Positions 36,717 through 50,656 of a stretch of DNA of 64,000 bases are shown here, piece after piece; the first letter of the stretch is position 1, and every line of letters begins with the position of its first letter. Source of the stretch: Batkoa obscura (taxonomy: Eukaryota); NCBI GenBank assembly GCA_030770535.1, contig JASVEC010000020.1, positions 372,001 to 436,000 of the forward strand, given 5' to 3'. Below the pieces are notes generated by a model that did no database searches, was not told the origin of the DNA, and worked only from the letters and a program-made list of their open reading frames with translations. The translations under genes and the position numbers were made by a program.

Positions 36717-37827
36717 TTATAGATTTCAAAGATTATGATTGGGAAATAAGGAATCAACTTCCAAAAGAAGAGAACGAAATGGTTCATAGTAAATTCAATT
36801 GGATAAATCTGTTTGAAGAATATATTATTAGCCGAAAATTATCAGATTAGAACTTAATAATTAAAGGTATTCCGAATATCCATAAACTTCATTTAATCTT
36901 CAGCTTTTATTGGCCAAAAATATGAATTTTTGTTTTACTATGATAACTTCCCAAATTGTCAAAAATTATAGTTATAAACAACATTTGATAGCACTTGAGG
37001 ATATTACTAATACTATGATATAACCCTTATATCATTTTGTACGTTTTTCTAATACTTATAATTATTTAGTAACAGCTATACATTTCAAAATATTAATTCA
37101 AATCAAATATACTCCATAAATATGATAGTTGTGCTAAACAACCAGACACTATACACGCAGCTTTGAGAGACTCACTAGTCTATTTATCATTTATTTTTTA
37201 AAGACATAAGACTATTTTAATTCTTTTGATATAAATTCAATCGTTTAAACCTAAAGCATATGTTTTTGAGTCTTTGACATAAAGTTCACTTGTGTACTTG
37301 CATTTTTGTTTGAGTTGGTTATAAACTTTAATAATCTTTTTATATATACTTTAAAATATATATTAACCAAATAACTCATTTAAAATATTCAGCAAATCAA
37401 AATTTTAATCTAAGCTTTCAATTATTTTTAACTTTAACTATTGTTTTGGATGGATCCAAAGGTCAGTTATTATTTGATACTGCTTAAAAGTTGGTACGTA
37501 ATAGTAATATTATTATACCAGTTTTAAATTTTTTAGGAGAATAGAATCCTTACACCACTTGAAGTTTTGATTTGTATTAATTCAAGGTTCTTTGTTGAAA
37601 CATGGTTTGTATACCCTTTAGATTTATTTACTTTTTTAACTTATACCTTTAAATACAACTTTCAAAAAGCTTTATAATTTTACCAACTAACATAATGTTT
37701 AATGCAATTCTTAATTCAAAAGTTATTAAGCTTACCAATATCTCATGTTAAAGTGATATTGAGAATAGCTGATTTTTTAATAATTTATAATTTTTTTCAA
37801 ATCTCTTTTAAATAACTTTTGAAGACG

Positions 37828-37933
37828 ATATGAGGATGTTTTTTTAGGCTCATTACTTTTTCCATTCTTTAAGCGCTATTTGAGTGGAAAAATTATTAGT
37901 AAAGCTCTTAAACACAAAAATATATCCCTATAT
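37828..37933 (-). mobile_element. MITE copy 13
   Basis: ATAT-GAGGATGT...ATATCCCT-ATAT. Confidence 0.9.
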
Positions 37934-38626
37934 AGTGAATATTTAATAAATAATGTTTGCCTAGTAAGGTACCATTTAATAATAGTGTATATTAAATGAA
38001 TTATTGTGAACCATATACTATATTTATATAGAGTTATTAAGCTTCTGTTATTTTGTCACAAACCTATAAGGGTGTTAACTATGATGCTAAATGGATTCGT
38101 AGTTTTTGAAAATAACATTGGGATGGATAAAATAGTTTAATGAATTTTTTGTTTACTTTGATTCTTGTAATTGTTGAACAGTGTTATATTTCAACTTATT
38201 TTACAAGCTATATCAAAAAATAACTCCTATTAGCCTTATTTAAGGATATAATATCGTTGCTCAAAGTATGAAGTATTTGTTTTTTTATATTAAAATGAAT
38301 ATTTTTTTTTGAAGTTGAAAAGTTCTATTAAAAAATCCAAGTTTAATTAATAGCACAATATCCATTCATCTATATAAGAATAAACAATTTATAAAAGAAC
38401 CAATAAGTTGTATATAATTAATAAACTTGAAATGAACTATAACTTTTCTAAAAATGGGAGACTCTTAATTTGAAACCATTAGTTCATATAACCAAACACA
38501 ATTCTAAGTTTAAATTAATAAGATGATGCCAAGAATTAATCTATATAAGGCTCAAGGCGAATGGAATTCAACGATTTATCTTTTTGAAAAAGAGTTCTGA
38601 AAATTTAAAGTTGATCTTATTACACC

Positions 38627-39772
38627 ATGCTTTTCAACCTAAAATCCATCACCTTGATAGTATTGAGCATATGTCAATTGGGGCTATCTCAGGAGGTAGA
38701 GCCATGTACTGGGGACATAAAGACGAGAAAAAACATCAAAGACTTAAATGAGTATCAGTTAAAAGCTTATTTTGATAGTGTAAAGGCTTTAAATAATGGT
38801 CCAAAACCAACGATCTATGATTCCTTTGCAGAAATTCACTTAAAATTTGCTAAAGACATTCATAATACTCCTTTGTTTCTAATCTGGCATCGTTATTTCT
38901 TATATTTCATGGAAAAAGAATTGCAAAAAATTGATCCAAGTGTGGTTATCCCATATTGGGATTGGACTGAAAACAATGAGCGTGCACATGAGGATATGGT
39001 ATTCAGTGATAGCTATTTTGGTGGTAGAAGTGGATCAGACCGGTGTGTGATTGATGGTCAATTCAAAGACTTTAAAGGATACTATCGAGCAAACGGTAAC
39101 AACCAAGAACACTGCTTACAAAGAAAAGTTAATTTTACTCTTTCTAGTACCAGCCGCTATGTTCTTAATACCAATTACTTTAGTTTAACTACAATTGATA
39201 AGTTTTGTAATGATCTTGAGTATGTGCCCCATGGAACCGTACATTCTGCAATCGGCGGGGAATTTGGAACTCATGCATCTCCAAATGACCCTATCTTTTG
39301 GTCTCATCATGCGTTTATCGATAAATTGTTTTATGTTTGGCAAAAACGTAACCCTAGTCAGGCCAATTTCTATCACCTTCCATTAGATACATTTGTAGTA
39401 CCTTGGAGTGCTACTATTGAACAAGGCTTAAATTCAGATAACAGCTTGTGTGTTAGCTATAATGAAGATAGCTTTGATTTGGAGATAACGGGTAATATTA
39501 ATAGAAATGAAAAAATCGAAGTCAAACCATATGTAAAACCTAAAAATCAAACATTAAGTAATAGTGAATTAGATGAGTTCGATGCTAAATATGTGTTTGA
39601 TGGATTGATTGTTGAGGATAGGTCTAGTAACTCTACAGATCTTATGAAAGAAGCAGCATCAAAGTTAATTTCAAGAGAATATTTAAAAATGTTCAATATC
39701 CCAATAGAAAAAGTTCGGGAATTAGAAAAAAGAGATACTATAACTGATTATCTTCATAGATATACTCCTTAA
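38627..39772 (+). CDS. secreted tyrosinase (type-3 copper protein)
   Basis: Signal peptide; CuA EIH..DIH..FLIWHRYF; IPYWDW; CuB PHGTVH..SPNDPIFWSHHAFID; intronless. Confidence 0.92.
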   Translation: MLFNLKSITLIVLSICQLGLSQEVEPCTGDIKTRKNIKDLNEYQLKAYFDSVKALNNGPKPTIYDSFAEIHLKFAKDIHNTPLFLIWHRYFLYFMEKELQKIDPSVVIPYWDWTENNERAHEDMVFSDSYFGGRSGSDRCVIDGQFKDFKGYYRANGNNQEHCLQRKVNFTLSSTSRYVLNTNYFSLTTIDKFCNDLEYVPHGTVHSAIGGEFGTHASPNDPIFWSHHAFIDKLFYVWQKRNPSQANFYHLPLDTFVVPWSATIEQGLNSDNSLCVSYNEDSFDLEITGNINRNEKIEVKPYVKPKNQTLSNSELDEFDAKYVFDGLIVEDRSSNSTDLMKEAASKLISREYLKMFNIPIEKVRELEKRDTITDYLHRYTP

Positions 39773-41210
39773 CTATAAATGATTTCGTTTTCTATTTAGA
39801 TTCTAGATAATGTTTAACAACTTTTAAAATTTAATAAAGTATATTTTATTCATGGATTTTTACCGATAGCTTTTATTTAATGCCGCATTTGAGATTATAC
39901 CCGACAAACTTTTAATACTTTAGAGCATACTCTAATACTGATAACAAGGATGTAGAGTTTGTTTTCAGAGCTACTCAGATTACAGTGCCTGTGTACTTGT
40001 AGTGTCTCAGTTATTTTATAAGTAGTCATTTTATTTTGGCTAATGATTCTTATATATGAGTTAGTTTAAGAGCTTGGCTCAATTTTTGTCCAATTTGAAT
40101 TTTAGCAAAAGTTGCGAATTAAGCACAAAATGTTATAAAATTAGTTGCTTTTTGTTTAATTTTAAAACTACTCATATGCAACGTTTTATCAGAATTTTTG
40201 AAAAATTTACTCTACATAGAGAACAGATAAAGAAAGTGAAATGGAAAGTCTCATTCTTAGTTTTAACTAAGCTTTTAGACTTACCAATATTTAAAATAAA
40301 AAATGCACTGTCTTTGAAAATAAATAAATTTTATACTTAAAATTTGGCATGTAGGGATTTACTTCAATGATTGATTCAATTATTGATTCTTTTTATAACA
40401 ATAGCAGTATAATCTCAAATCCAATATCAATATAAAAGCTTTGAAATCAATAATATTCAATGATAATTTAAAAGTTGTAATTGTATAATTTATAAATAGA
40501 AATATCAATTAATTGCAACATCTATTATTAATTAAGATTACAATTAAAACGAAAACTTGTATGATTTATCATTGTAATAACAATTTTGTTGTATAAAATA
40601 TTACTATAAAAGTATTGATTTAATTGTATTATTTTTATATAAATAAAATACAATAAAAATAATATTAAGTGTAATTTTTAAGCTATCTATTTACCAATAA
40701 GATTAGTAAAGTATCTATATACGAGGCAACGTAAAATTTAGGATAGTATTATTACATTGTTACATATATAATTAATTAGCTTTCTTCATTAAATTATACA
40801 AAATCAAGACATAATAAAAAAGAACAGACAAAGTTCTCTATTGAAATCATAAATTAAATATCACTAAATTAAAATTCAAACAACAATTAATTGTTGTTCT
40901 CATGACATAGTCCATCATGAGAAAGATCTTAAAATTCTAAAACCAACGTTTGGTAAAATATCAACTTCAATCAGCCTATAAAACCCATCTAATTTCAAAA
41001 CCCAGCTATTTGATTTGATTTCAGCAGTGGCTCTTACCATCTTATTTACCTTAAGTTTAATTTATTAATTGAGCAGTTGTAATAATCAATAAGTATCCCA
41101 TTGTACATTAAATTGATTTATTGAATACTCTTTATTTAAAATTAAAATTAATAATTGTAAGAAAATACTATTTTAATAATTTATAAATTGAATGATATAT
41201 AGGTTAAAAG

Positions 41211-44200
41211 ATGACGTCGCGAGAAAGGATTGACTCTGTGATTGACGTATATAATAATGTATCACCGGAATTAGAAACGTTTGAAAAAGTGGTCGAAGAA
41301 AGAGATGAGCTTAGAGAACAGAATAAACAGCTATGGAAAATCATTGAAAAACAACGACTTATTGTGCATCAACTTCAAAAGATTGTTAACTCTAGTCCGG
41401 AGCTTAAAAAGAAGATTAAAATGGAATCCAATGGAAATAAAGTGCCACTGTTATCTAGAAGAAAAGATTCGAATTCAAAAAACGATATCAAAAAAAATGA
41501 AGGGGAAAATAATTCAAATCAAGACAATGATAATAATTCAAAAGAAAAGGTAGAAGGTAATGAAACTTTGGAAGGGTCTGTTACACACATTAATAAACCT
41601 TCGCTGGTTGAAGACTTAAATTTTGATAATGAAATCAGTAGAGCACAAAAAACCCAGTCTGTTATCGATGAAAAATTTCAACTGAAGCCTCTAGAAGATG
41701 TGGCTACCTTAGATCAAGAAATGCATTCTAATGCTATTACAAAAAATGAAGACGAATGGGATGGAAATGAAAATAAGTTCAAAGGAAAGATGGGGTTACA
41801 TAAAGCCTCCTCTGCCCCACGATTACATATTCCAAGCTTAAAAAATAATCTACAGTCTTCACATATGGTAAGCCTCGATGCTTTAAGTTCAAAACAAGAT
41901 AAAGAACTTGTTTCACCACAAGATTCCAAATCAAAGCTATCAATTCCACCAAGATCGAACTTAAGAAATCGTGGAGATCCACCAATTGTGAAAGAAAATG
42001 AAAAAAAATATCTACCCACTATTGCTGAAAAAGAAGAGATGCTAAGACTTCCTAATAATAGGATACCAGATCTTAGAAAAGGAAAAGCTAAAAAGGCAGA
42101 TTTGAACAATGATTTTTCATCCGAGGTAAACCTAAGTAGAGATGTTAGAGAAGAAAAACCAGATTTAATTGGTAATTCTCAGATAAACAATACTAGTGAG
42201 GTAACATCAATAGAACCCATGGAAAAAGAGACAGTGAATAAAGTACACCGTTCGCTTTCAGAAAGCTCAGTTAGACCTCCAACTGCATTATCTCAAAAGT
42301 CAATATTAAAAAATAATGATGAAGTATCAAATATAGCAGAAAATAAAAAATCGCATTCTAAATCCACTTCATTAAGTAGTAGATTTTCTAATCATAGAGA
42401 TTCTATTCCTTCTGTTCATTCTAATTTATCTGGCCATGATGAAGCAGAGGATATATATAAGACAGCTCGTACAGACCCAATAGATCCAGAAAATTTAGGA
42501 TTGGAAAAAGAAGAGATGATTGAAAATGTTAAAGCTAGTAATCTCAGCCCTGATAATCAAAGACCGATGATTTACATTCCAAGCCCTCCTCAAGCGGTCC
42601 CGGACACTTTTGATCAAAATTTAAATGATGGCTATTCAAGTTCAGTGGCTTCTAACGATTCGGATTTTGATGCAGATGCAGGATTTATATCTAATGTTTC
42701 ACCTGAGGAAGAATCTTCTCGTTTAGCTATACGAAGTTCAAAAATTGAAGTATTCAGCTCAACATCAAAAACATCCATACCTAATGAAAACCAAGAACCT
42801 GATTTTAATCCAAATGCAGTTAATGGGTTGAATAATTACACAAATAATAATAGCAGTGAACCTATACTACATCCTTTACTTCATACTGACGATGAAACTC
42901 AAAAGGACATTGAGGTTACTGAATTGAAGGAAGATAGTATCTTACAGGAATCCCAAATTCCAGAGATTACTGAAATTGTTGAATCGGAACCAAATAGTAT
43001 TGGTCAAAGTTTCAATGAGGATGATCCAACTTTGAATTTAAATCAAAATGTTAGATCCGACATAAAACGAACAAGAACGAGTAGATCTGAAGAAGGATTT
43101 GCAACTTTCAAAGAAGAAGTTAAACTTAAGAAAAAACAAAGCGCGTCAAGTTTACTTTTAGATGATCCAAAGAAATTGAACCAAGTACTATCCACTGAAA
43201 AAGATGTTAGAAACAACCATCATATAAATAGGGGTAAGGTAGTTAATGAAAGTGAAGAGTCAAGTAATAACTCATCCTCTTTAATTGAAAAAACGCAAAA
43301 TGAATTGGAAGAAATAACTAAAGAAGCAATATTAATTCAAAAACAATTCAAGAAAATTAAACTAGAAGTACATACAATTGACGCTACCAGTGATAATCCA
43401 ACCATAAATCTAATAGTTTATGGAATTCCAATTAGTTGTACTACAAATGACGTTAATGCTAATTTTATTCAAATTAACCGATTAGAAAAAACATGGAAAA
43501 AAATGATGTTATTAGATGAAATGGTAAAACACTAATTAAAATTATCAGTTCATTATTAATATTTTTTAGTTTAAAAAAGAATTGCCAGATAAACTAAACG
43601 ATAAAATGCCAGAGTTACCACAATTTACAGGGGAATCGGCAGATAAAAAGATAGAAACGTATTTAATAGAACTTTTAAGTCTAGATAAAGAAATACCACT
43701 ATCTAATACCCCTGGTTCTTTGTGGTTATTTTTAGTATCAGATATAATAATACCACCACCACTTCCATTGGACGAAACCAATGATCAAAATCTACCTCAT
43801 CGTCCTATATTTAAATCAGGTAAACTATTGAAACGTGGTAAAAAGCTTGGAAAGTTGAAATTAAGATTTTTTGTCTTAAATAGTATGTTTTTGGAATATT
43901 TTGAATCTGTAAGTTTACCAATTTTTTTCAATTTTTTTGTTAATAAAACGTAAATAGGAAGAAGGTCCACATCTTGGAACAATTAATTTATATAGAGCAC
44001 AAATATCGAAATCAACTGTTGCTACTTTACACTCAGAACAATTTGGGCAATATCTTTATGCAATTACTATATTAGAGAATAGGAAAGGAAATATTATTAA
44101 ACATATATTCTTTATAAACAATATAAAAGATTGGGAAGAATGGATATTAGCACTCAATTATTATGCTAATATAACGGATGCTAAAGAAGTGAATAATTTG

Positions 44201-45822
44201 GAATTAAATAAATTAAAAAGCTTTAAATCGCAAGAGAGTTTCACTTCTAATAAAACACCAGTTAAAAATCGACCTACATCACCTCAATCCACTTTTTCAA
44301 ATCAAAGCGATACAGTTTCTAATCCTAACCAATTATCTTCTTCATTACCACAATCCAATGAACCATCTATATTAGATAAATTTACTAAAAAGAATAAAGT
44401 TTTGGATTTTATGGATTCAACCAAACCAATTAAAAAAGAAGTTAATATTAAAGCACAAAAAAGAACTCAAAGGAAAACATTTCATTGGAATACAAAGAAC
44501 TTTTTTGCAGGTAAAAATAAATTATTTAATTCTATTAAATTCAAATATGAATTTATTTTGTTTTAGATGCATTTAATAAGAAAGCTATGAACCAAAGTAA
44601 AGTGTTTGGTGTATTACTAGAAGAGTCTATTCTTAAGGGAAAAATTAAACCGGATCTTAATTTACCTGCCGTTGTTTATCGTTGTGTTGAATACTTAGAA
44701 AAGCATCAAGGTAGTTAATTATAATATCTTAATTAATTTCATTCATTTACTTTATGAATTTAGCATACTTAGAAGAGGGTATTTATCGGTTATCGGGTTC
44801 TTCAGCAGATATCCAAACTTTAAAAGAAAAATTTGACTATGGTAATTTAACTTTTTATAATTTTATATTATAGCCATAGCTAATTTGTATTTTCATATTT
44901 TATTTTTATTAGAGGGCGATTATAATCTTGTTAAAGCTTCCAAACGATATGATGTTCATACTATCGCAGGATTGCTTAAATTATATTTAAGGGAAATGCC
45001 AAGCTTTATACTTACAAATGAATTACAACCCGAATTTGTAAAAATCATTGGTAAACTTTAATTTTTAAATTAAATTGATATAAAAATTCATAATAAATTA
45101 TAGAATTGCCAGAAAGAAATGATAAAGTAAATGAATTAGGGAGATTAGTATGTGCCTTACCAATAGCCAATTATACCACATTACGTACTTTGATTGCTCA
45201 TTTAATTCGAATTGTTGAAAAATCGGACATCAATAAGATGACTTTACGTAATATTGGTATTGTTTTTGTACCAACATTAGCGATACCAGCTGGTGTATTT
45301 TCCTTAATGATATTAGAATTTGAGCATATCTTTTGGATTAATGAAAAAGGGGATGCCTCACCCAAACAAGTTAATAGTGATTATACAGGCTCCCAATTGA
45401 CTCATGTAGTAGAAGGAGTACAAAATCCAACACCAACAGTAATTAATAATAATTCACCAATTGCTAGAACTCGAATGGTATTAGATGATGGATTTCGAGA
45501 TAATAGGAATTCGATTTTATATAGAGATATGATGCCAAGTGAAATTGTTCATAATGAAAGAGGGTTAAATATTGATGGTAAAGAATTAGATGAAACTGGA
45601 TTGACTGGAGAGGAAATTGAGGTTTCTAGTATTGAGGAATTTGTTCCTACTCAATATCCTCCTACTATTTCAGATGCTAATTCAGACATTATTGAATCGG
45701 AAAATGAAAATGAAAATGAAAATGAAAATGAAAATGATAGTGAAGACGATATAACGGAATTACATACCATTGAAGAATTCAGTGAAGAAGAAATGGAAAG
45801 TAAATTGAATCAAATGGCTTAA
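41211..45822 (+). CDS. Rho GTPase-activating protein with PH domain (Bem3-like architecture), multi-exon; 5' end uncertain
   Basis: Coiled-coil N-terminus, long disordered region, PH-like GKLLKRGKKLGKLKLRFFVL; RhoGAP VFGVLLE, EEGIYRLSGS, DVHTIAGLLKLYLRE, NKMTLRNIGIVFVPTL. Confidence 0.88.
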
Positions 45823-46300
45823 TTAGCTCTAAGTTCATGATATCTAATACCACTATTTATTTATAATTGTATGTTTCTATTTAGATTATTTATTTCTACT
45901 ATCTAATTCTTATAAATCCACTTTTACCCTCTTTATTACTTACCTCTCTTACACTAATAAATATTAATAATTTTTAATCGTTTTAAATGCCATTGATTTG
46001 CCATCATCTCATTTATTATGGTATATTTATACAATAACAGTTGCATATATTTGTATTTTCTTTATGTTTTTATTTTTTATTTTTTCATTTCAACTTTTTA
46101 TATGACATTTATATTGTTATAAAGAATATATCATACTATTTATTTAGTACAATTGTAAGTTTTCTCATACTTGGTTATATTAGGGTTTATGCGGTACTTA
46201 GAATGCGGATCTAGAGTATTATTTAGGATAAATAGAATATAGAAAAGGTGAAAGAAGTATAATTTAGTTAAACTAAATATAGGGTATTGCTATGTATAGA

Positions 46301-46402
46301 ATATGGGAATGTTTTTTTAGTTTCATTACTTTTTCCATTTTCTAAGCCCTATTTGAGCGGAAAAATTGAGTAAAATTCTTACACAAAAATTCATCCCCAT
46401 AT
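46301..46402 (-). mobile_element. MITE copy 14
   Basis: ATAT-GGGAATGT...TCATCCCC-ATAT. Confidence 0.9.
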
Positions 46403-46544
46403 GATGATTGGGGCTTTTGGCTAATTTCCCTATTTAGAACAAAATACTACAACAGTGGTTCAAATCCCTCAGTATATAATACAACTAAAGAGTTTAGAAG
46501 TTGTAAATGCAAAGAAAGAGCCTGAAAATTAATAAAAATTAGCT

Positions 46545-47327
46545 ATGGATTTAAAATTGGTAGTACTTTTAGCATCAGTACCTTATCTCAAACATTGGGT
46601 GTGTTACCACCAGCAAGAGCTGTTGATGAATATGAAATATCTCTAAAATATAAAGACCTATGGATGCTTGATTTAGGTCTTTTAAAACACCCTTTATGTA
46701 GCAAAATGGCTTATAAAATCACTTTAATTATCACTGCCCCTTGTTATAATTTTGAAAGAGTTTCAAATTGGAGTACTAGCTTCCACCGCCATGATACAAA
46801 AATTGAGGAAAGCAAAGAGGAAAGTAAACCATGCCAAATGATTGATTTTTCTACTCAATCATAACATAATACTGGTAAATTTGGTTTAAATGATATATCT
46901 ATTTAGAAAATTGAAAGCAGTTGATGTTTAAGCCAAAAAGATACCTTCATTATTGATGATGGTAAATTTGCTAAATCAATTGATTAGCTATTGATTATGA
47001 TCAAATAGTGAGATACTCATGGAGGTAGTAGAGGGAAGCAATGTATTATCAGAAGTAAAAGTGCTTACTTATGATATTAAGAAATGTGTTGACTCTTATT
47101 AATAAGTTAACAAAATAGCTAATGATAGCATGATGCTCTGCACTGGCTATCCAGAAGGGATTGAAGATACATTCCAAGTGATCCTGGGGGTCCGGTATTT
47201 AAATTTAGACCAAGAAAAACTACTCCTATTGCTACTGCTTCATGGGGATATAGATGTGCTCGAAAAGAATTTCCAGGGGTTCATATTGAGTCGTTTATGG
47301 CTAAATCTTTTATTGACCAAGTTTTGA
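46545..47327 (+). pseudogene. trypsin pseudogene, paralogue of 60131/62491
   Basis: MDLKLVVL start; FHRHD, SQKDTFIIDDGKFAKS, MLCTGYPEG; many stops and frameshifts. Confidence 0.88.
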
Positions 47328-47704
47328 AGTTTATTACCTATTACATCAATAAAACCGAATTCCATTTTATCCAAATGCAAAAGTCTTTTTTAGGAGCGTT
47401 CTATTTTAATTATTTATATTAAGCCTTAATAAATACGTTATTTTAAATATAGTACAAGATGAATTACGCTTGAGAATCAATTGTTAATCTTTTATTTCAT
47501 GAGTCAATCTCCAATGACATAAATATAATAGATAATAATATACACATAAAAGTAGATTCCTGAATTTGGATAATTTAAGTTTATAACCCAAGAAATAACT
47601 ATACAATTTAGTTGCTATAAAATAATAAAAATAGGCCCCATCGTTCTCTAGAGTAATTCTCTAAATGTAATGGTTAAAACAATTATAGCATCTATAGAAC
47701 TCTA

Positions 47705-47797
47705 CTGTTTTATTTATCACTTTTTCCTTTTTTTTGTCTGTTATTGAGTGGAAAAAATGCTAATAGATTTCTTAAGTAAAAATAGACATCCCCGTAT
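47705..47797 (-). mobile_element. MITE copy 15 (degenerate, one end lost)
   Basis: atcactttttcc...gagtggaaaaa...cttaa...ACATCCCC-GTAT. Confidence 0.65.
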
Positions 47798-48021
47798 GCT
47801 GTTTATCTTCTCACTAAAGCAGCTATTTTAACAATAATAGTTGGTTATACAACTACTAAGAAAACAAAAGAAATCATTTTATAGCATAAAACTTAGAAAC
47901 TATCAATTGAAACCAAAGTAATCTATTCTTAATATTTTTTACAAAACCTAATTTTGTCTATTAGAATATAATTTTTATTTTCAAATCTATTTTTTATTAT
48001 TATCTCGAATAATATACTAAT

Positions 48022-48126
48022 ATACGGGGCTGTTTTTTTTAGTTTCAGTATTTTTCCATTTTTTAAGCGCTATTTGAATGAAAAGATTATAGTAAAATTT
48101 TCAAACAAAAAAACACATCCCCATAT
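48022..48126 (-). mobile_element. MITE copy 16
   Basis: ATAC-GGGGCTGT...ACATCCCC-ATAT. Confidence 0.88.
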
Positions 48127-48218
48127 ACTATAAAATAAGTTTAAAAATAGTTTGAAAAATTAACCTATTATAGTATTGAAGCTACATATTAATATGATAT
48201 CAATAATCCTAAATTAAC

Positions 48219-48325
48219 ATATGGGGATGTATTTTTGTATTTAAGAATCTTACTAACAAATTTTCCGCTTAAATAGCACTTAAAAAATGGAAAAAATAAT
48301 GAAGTCAAAAAAGACACTCCCATAT
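48219..48325 (+). mobile_element. MITE copy 17
   Basis: ATAT-GGGGATGT...ACACTCCC-ATAT. Confidence 0.92.
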
Positions 48326-49477
48326 AATATTTATAAAATTTTATTATATAAAGCCTATATTAAATTTTGTACAAATTAGATTTAAAGAAATGTTGTATCA
48401 ATAGTTAAATAAATACAAGAAAAAGGAAAGCGGTATATTATATGCATACGTCAATTTAATAAAGTAGTTAAGTTATGATGGTGTTATCATTTTTTCAAAG
48501 TGTTTAAAATTTTAACTGCACTTTAACACGTTTTAGGTAAAACTAACAACGCTTGTTTAAAATAAATAAATGTAATGATAAGTATTAAAAATATGAAGAA
48601 AATTTTATTATTGAAAATTTTACTGGGTTGAAAAGTGGTAATAGTTATCTAATATAAGCCTACTAATGGTCTAAAGAGGAGTTATACTAAGGCTATATAA
48701 AGCCTATACCGGGCATATTACTATTTACGTTTTATTTGAAAATAATCAAGGCTATTTAAATAGCTGCTAGAAGCGATGATACTATCTTAAGAAATAAACT
48801 ATAAGCCAGGAGATCTTTGGAAACTTCGCAAACGGCTTATATTTCCCTTGATGTTTTCACCTTTTCAACTACCTTATTCAGGTTTTAAAAATGTGAAATT
48901 TATCAATGGGCTGTAGCAGCATATTCTGATTTGATTATAGCAATATGAAAGTTGGGTGATAATAATGATGTATTCATTTGTTCCTAATTATTGTTTATAA
49001 TTATGAACATCATAATTATTTATAAAAGTTACTATCACTAAAGTAAAACTCAGGATCGGAACCAATGAATATTGAGCATCAAGTAAACTTGATAGATACT
49101 TGAAATATTGTTAATTTATTATTCAAGTTTTAATCTGATAACTTTATCTAGTAATATTCTCTATAAAGTAGGCTTATCCAATTATATTCATTATAAGTGA
49201 TCTCGTTTCTTTCCCCTAAAATTGATTCTCTACTTTCCAATCATAATCCTTAAAATCTATAAACGCGCTCGGAGTCTGACCAATTAAACTCCAAAGCATC
49301 TAACATTCGATCTTTAATAACTTCACGATAATTTTAGAAACACCAATTATTTTATTATATTTGGGCCAATTAAAGGATTTAATCCTGAAGGATGATTTAA
49401 GGATATTAATTAAAGAGTATAAAATTAACTTAATTACAATCTTTTATCTCTATCTTTCCTTCAATTCTACTATAAGC

Positions 49478-50656
49478 ATGCCTTCAATTGATGACACCAC
49501 TACTCCCATACAAACTGCGCCTCAAGTACAAGGGCCGGTTATAGACGCCAACACCAATCCCAGTGTTGCACAATCATCCAAGTCTGAGGAAGAAGAATCC
49601 AGACTTGCTTTACTCCATAAAGAAGCTCATAAGTTAACTACTGAGGAGCTTATCGAACGCGTTCGTGAAATTGAAGCTGATGAGCCACTTCTACAAGTCA
49701 ATCCAAGTCGTTTCGTAATCTTCCCTATTAAATACCATGATATCTGGAGAATGTATAAGAAAGCCGAAGCTTCTTTTTGGACCGCTGAAGAGGTGGACCT
49801 TTCTAAGGATGGTGATGATTGGAATAAGCTTACCGATGGTGAACGTCACTTTGTTACTTATGTCTTAGCTTTCTTTGCTGCTTCGGATGGTATTGTTAAT
49901 GAGAACCTTGTTGAACGTTTCTGTAATGAAGTTCAATTCTCTGAAGCTCGATTTTTCTATGGCTTTCAAATTATGATTGAAAATGTCCACTCTGAAATGT
50001 ATTCTTTATTGATTGATACTTATATCCGTGACCCTATCGAACGTGATTTCCTTTTCCGTGCTGTTGACACTATCCCATGTATCCAAAAGAAAGCTAATTG
50101 GGCACTCCGTTGGATTTCAGATCACCAAGTATCTTTTGCTGAACGTTTAATTGCTTTTGCTGCTGTTGAAGGTATATTTTTCTCTGGTGCCTTTGCTTCT
50201 ATTTTCTGGCTTCGTAAACGTGGGCTTATGCCAGGCCTTACTTTTTCTAATGAATTGATTTCTCGTGATGAAGGTCTCCATTGTGACTTTGCTTGTTTAT
50301 TATTTGGCTATATCAGTCATAAACCATCCCGTGAAACAATCAATCGAATCATTCGTGAAGCAGTTGAAATTGAACAAGAGTTTTTGACTGACGCATTACC
50401 AGTTTCATTAATTGGAATGAATGCTAAACTCATGTCTCAATACATTGAATTTGTTGCTGATCGTCTTTTAGTTTCCTTAGGTCAAGTTAAGATTTATAAC
50501 GTTGAAAATCCATTTGATTTTATGGATATGATTTCTATGCAAGGGAAAACTAATTTCTTTGAAAAGAAGGTAGCTGAATATCAAAGAGCTGGTGTTATGG
50601 CTTCCCTTTCTAAAGAATCAAACAATATGGCTTTTACTCTCGATGCTGATTTTTAA
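49478..50656 (+). CDS. RNR2: ribonucleotide reductase small subunit, copy 2 (392 aa, start MPSIDD)
   Basis: Same motifs as copy 1; ATG 49478 gives exactly the same length as copy 1. Confidence 0.96.
   Translation: MPSIDDTTTPIQTAPQVQGPVIDANTNPSVAQSSKSEEEESRLALLHKEAHKLTTEELIERVREIEADEPLLQVNPSRFVIFPIKYHDIWRMYKKAEASFWTAEEVDLSKDGDDWNKLTDGERHFVTYVLAFFAASDGIVNENLVERFCNEVQFSEARFFYGFQIMIENVHSEMYSLLIDTYIRDPIERDFLFRAVDTIPCIQKKANWALRWISDHQVSFAERLIAFAAVEGIFFSGAFASIFWLRKRGLMPGLTFSNELISRDEGLHCDFACLLFGYISHKPSRETINRIIREAVEIEQEFLTDALPVSLIGMNAKLMSQYIEFVADRLLVSLGQVKIYNVENPFDFMDMISMQGKTNFFEKKVAEYQRAGVMASLSKESNNMAFTLDADF

Noticed and set aside
45700..45735. (GAAAAT)n repeat
   Set aside because: Ordinary coding microsatellite (Glu-Asn) in the acidic RhoGAP tail.
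46411..46424. GGCTTTTGGCTAA resembling U2 snRNA stem I
   Set aside because: No GTAGTA branch-pairing region or Sm site in the right context.
49361..49477. 39-aa N-terminal extension of RNR2 copy 2 in the ORF track
   Set aside because: Starts at TTG in promoter DNA; ATG 49478 gives the same length as copy 1.
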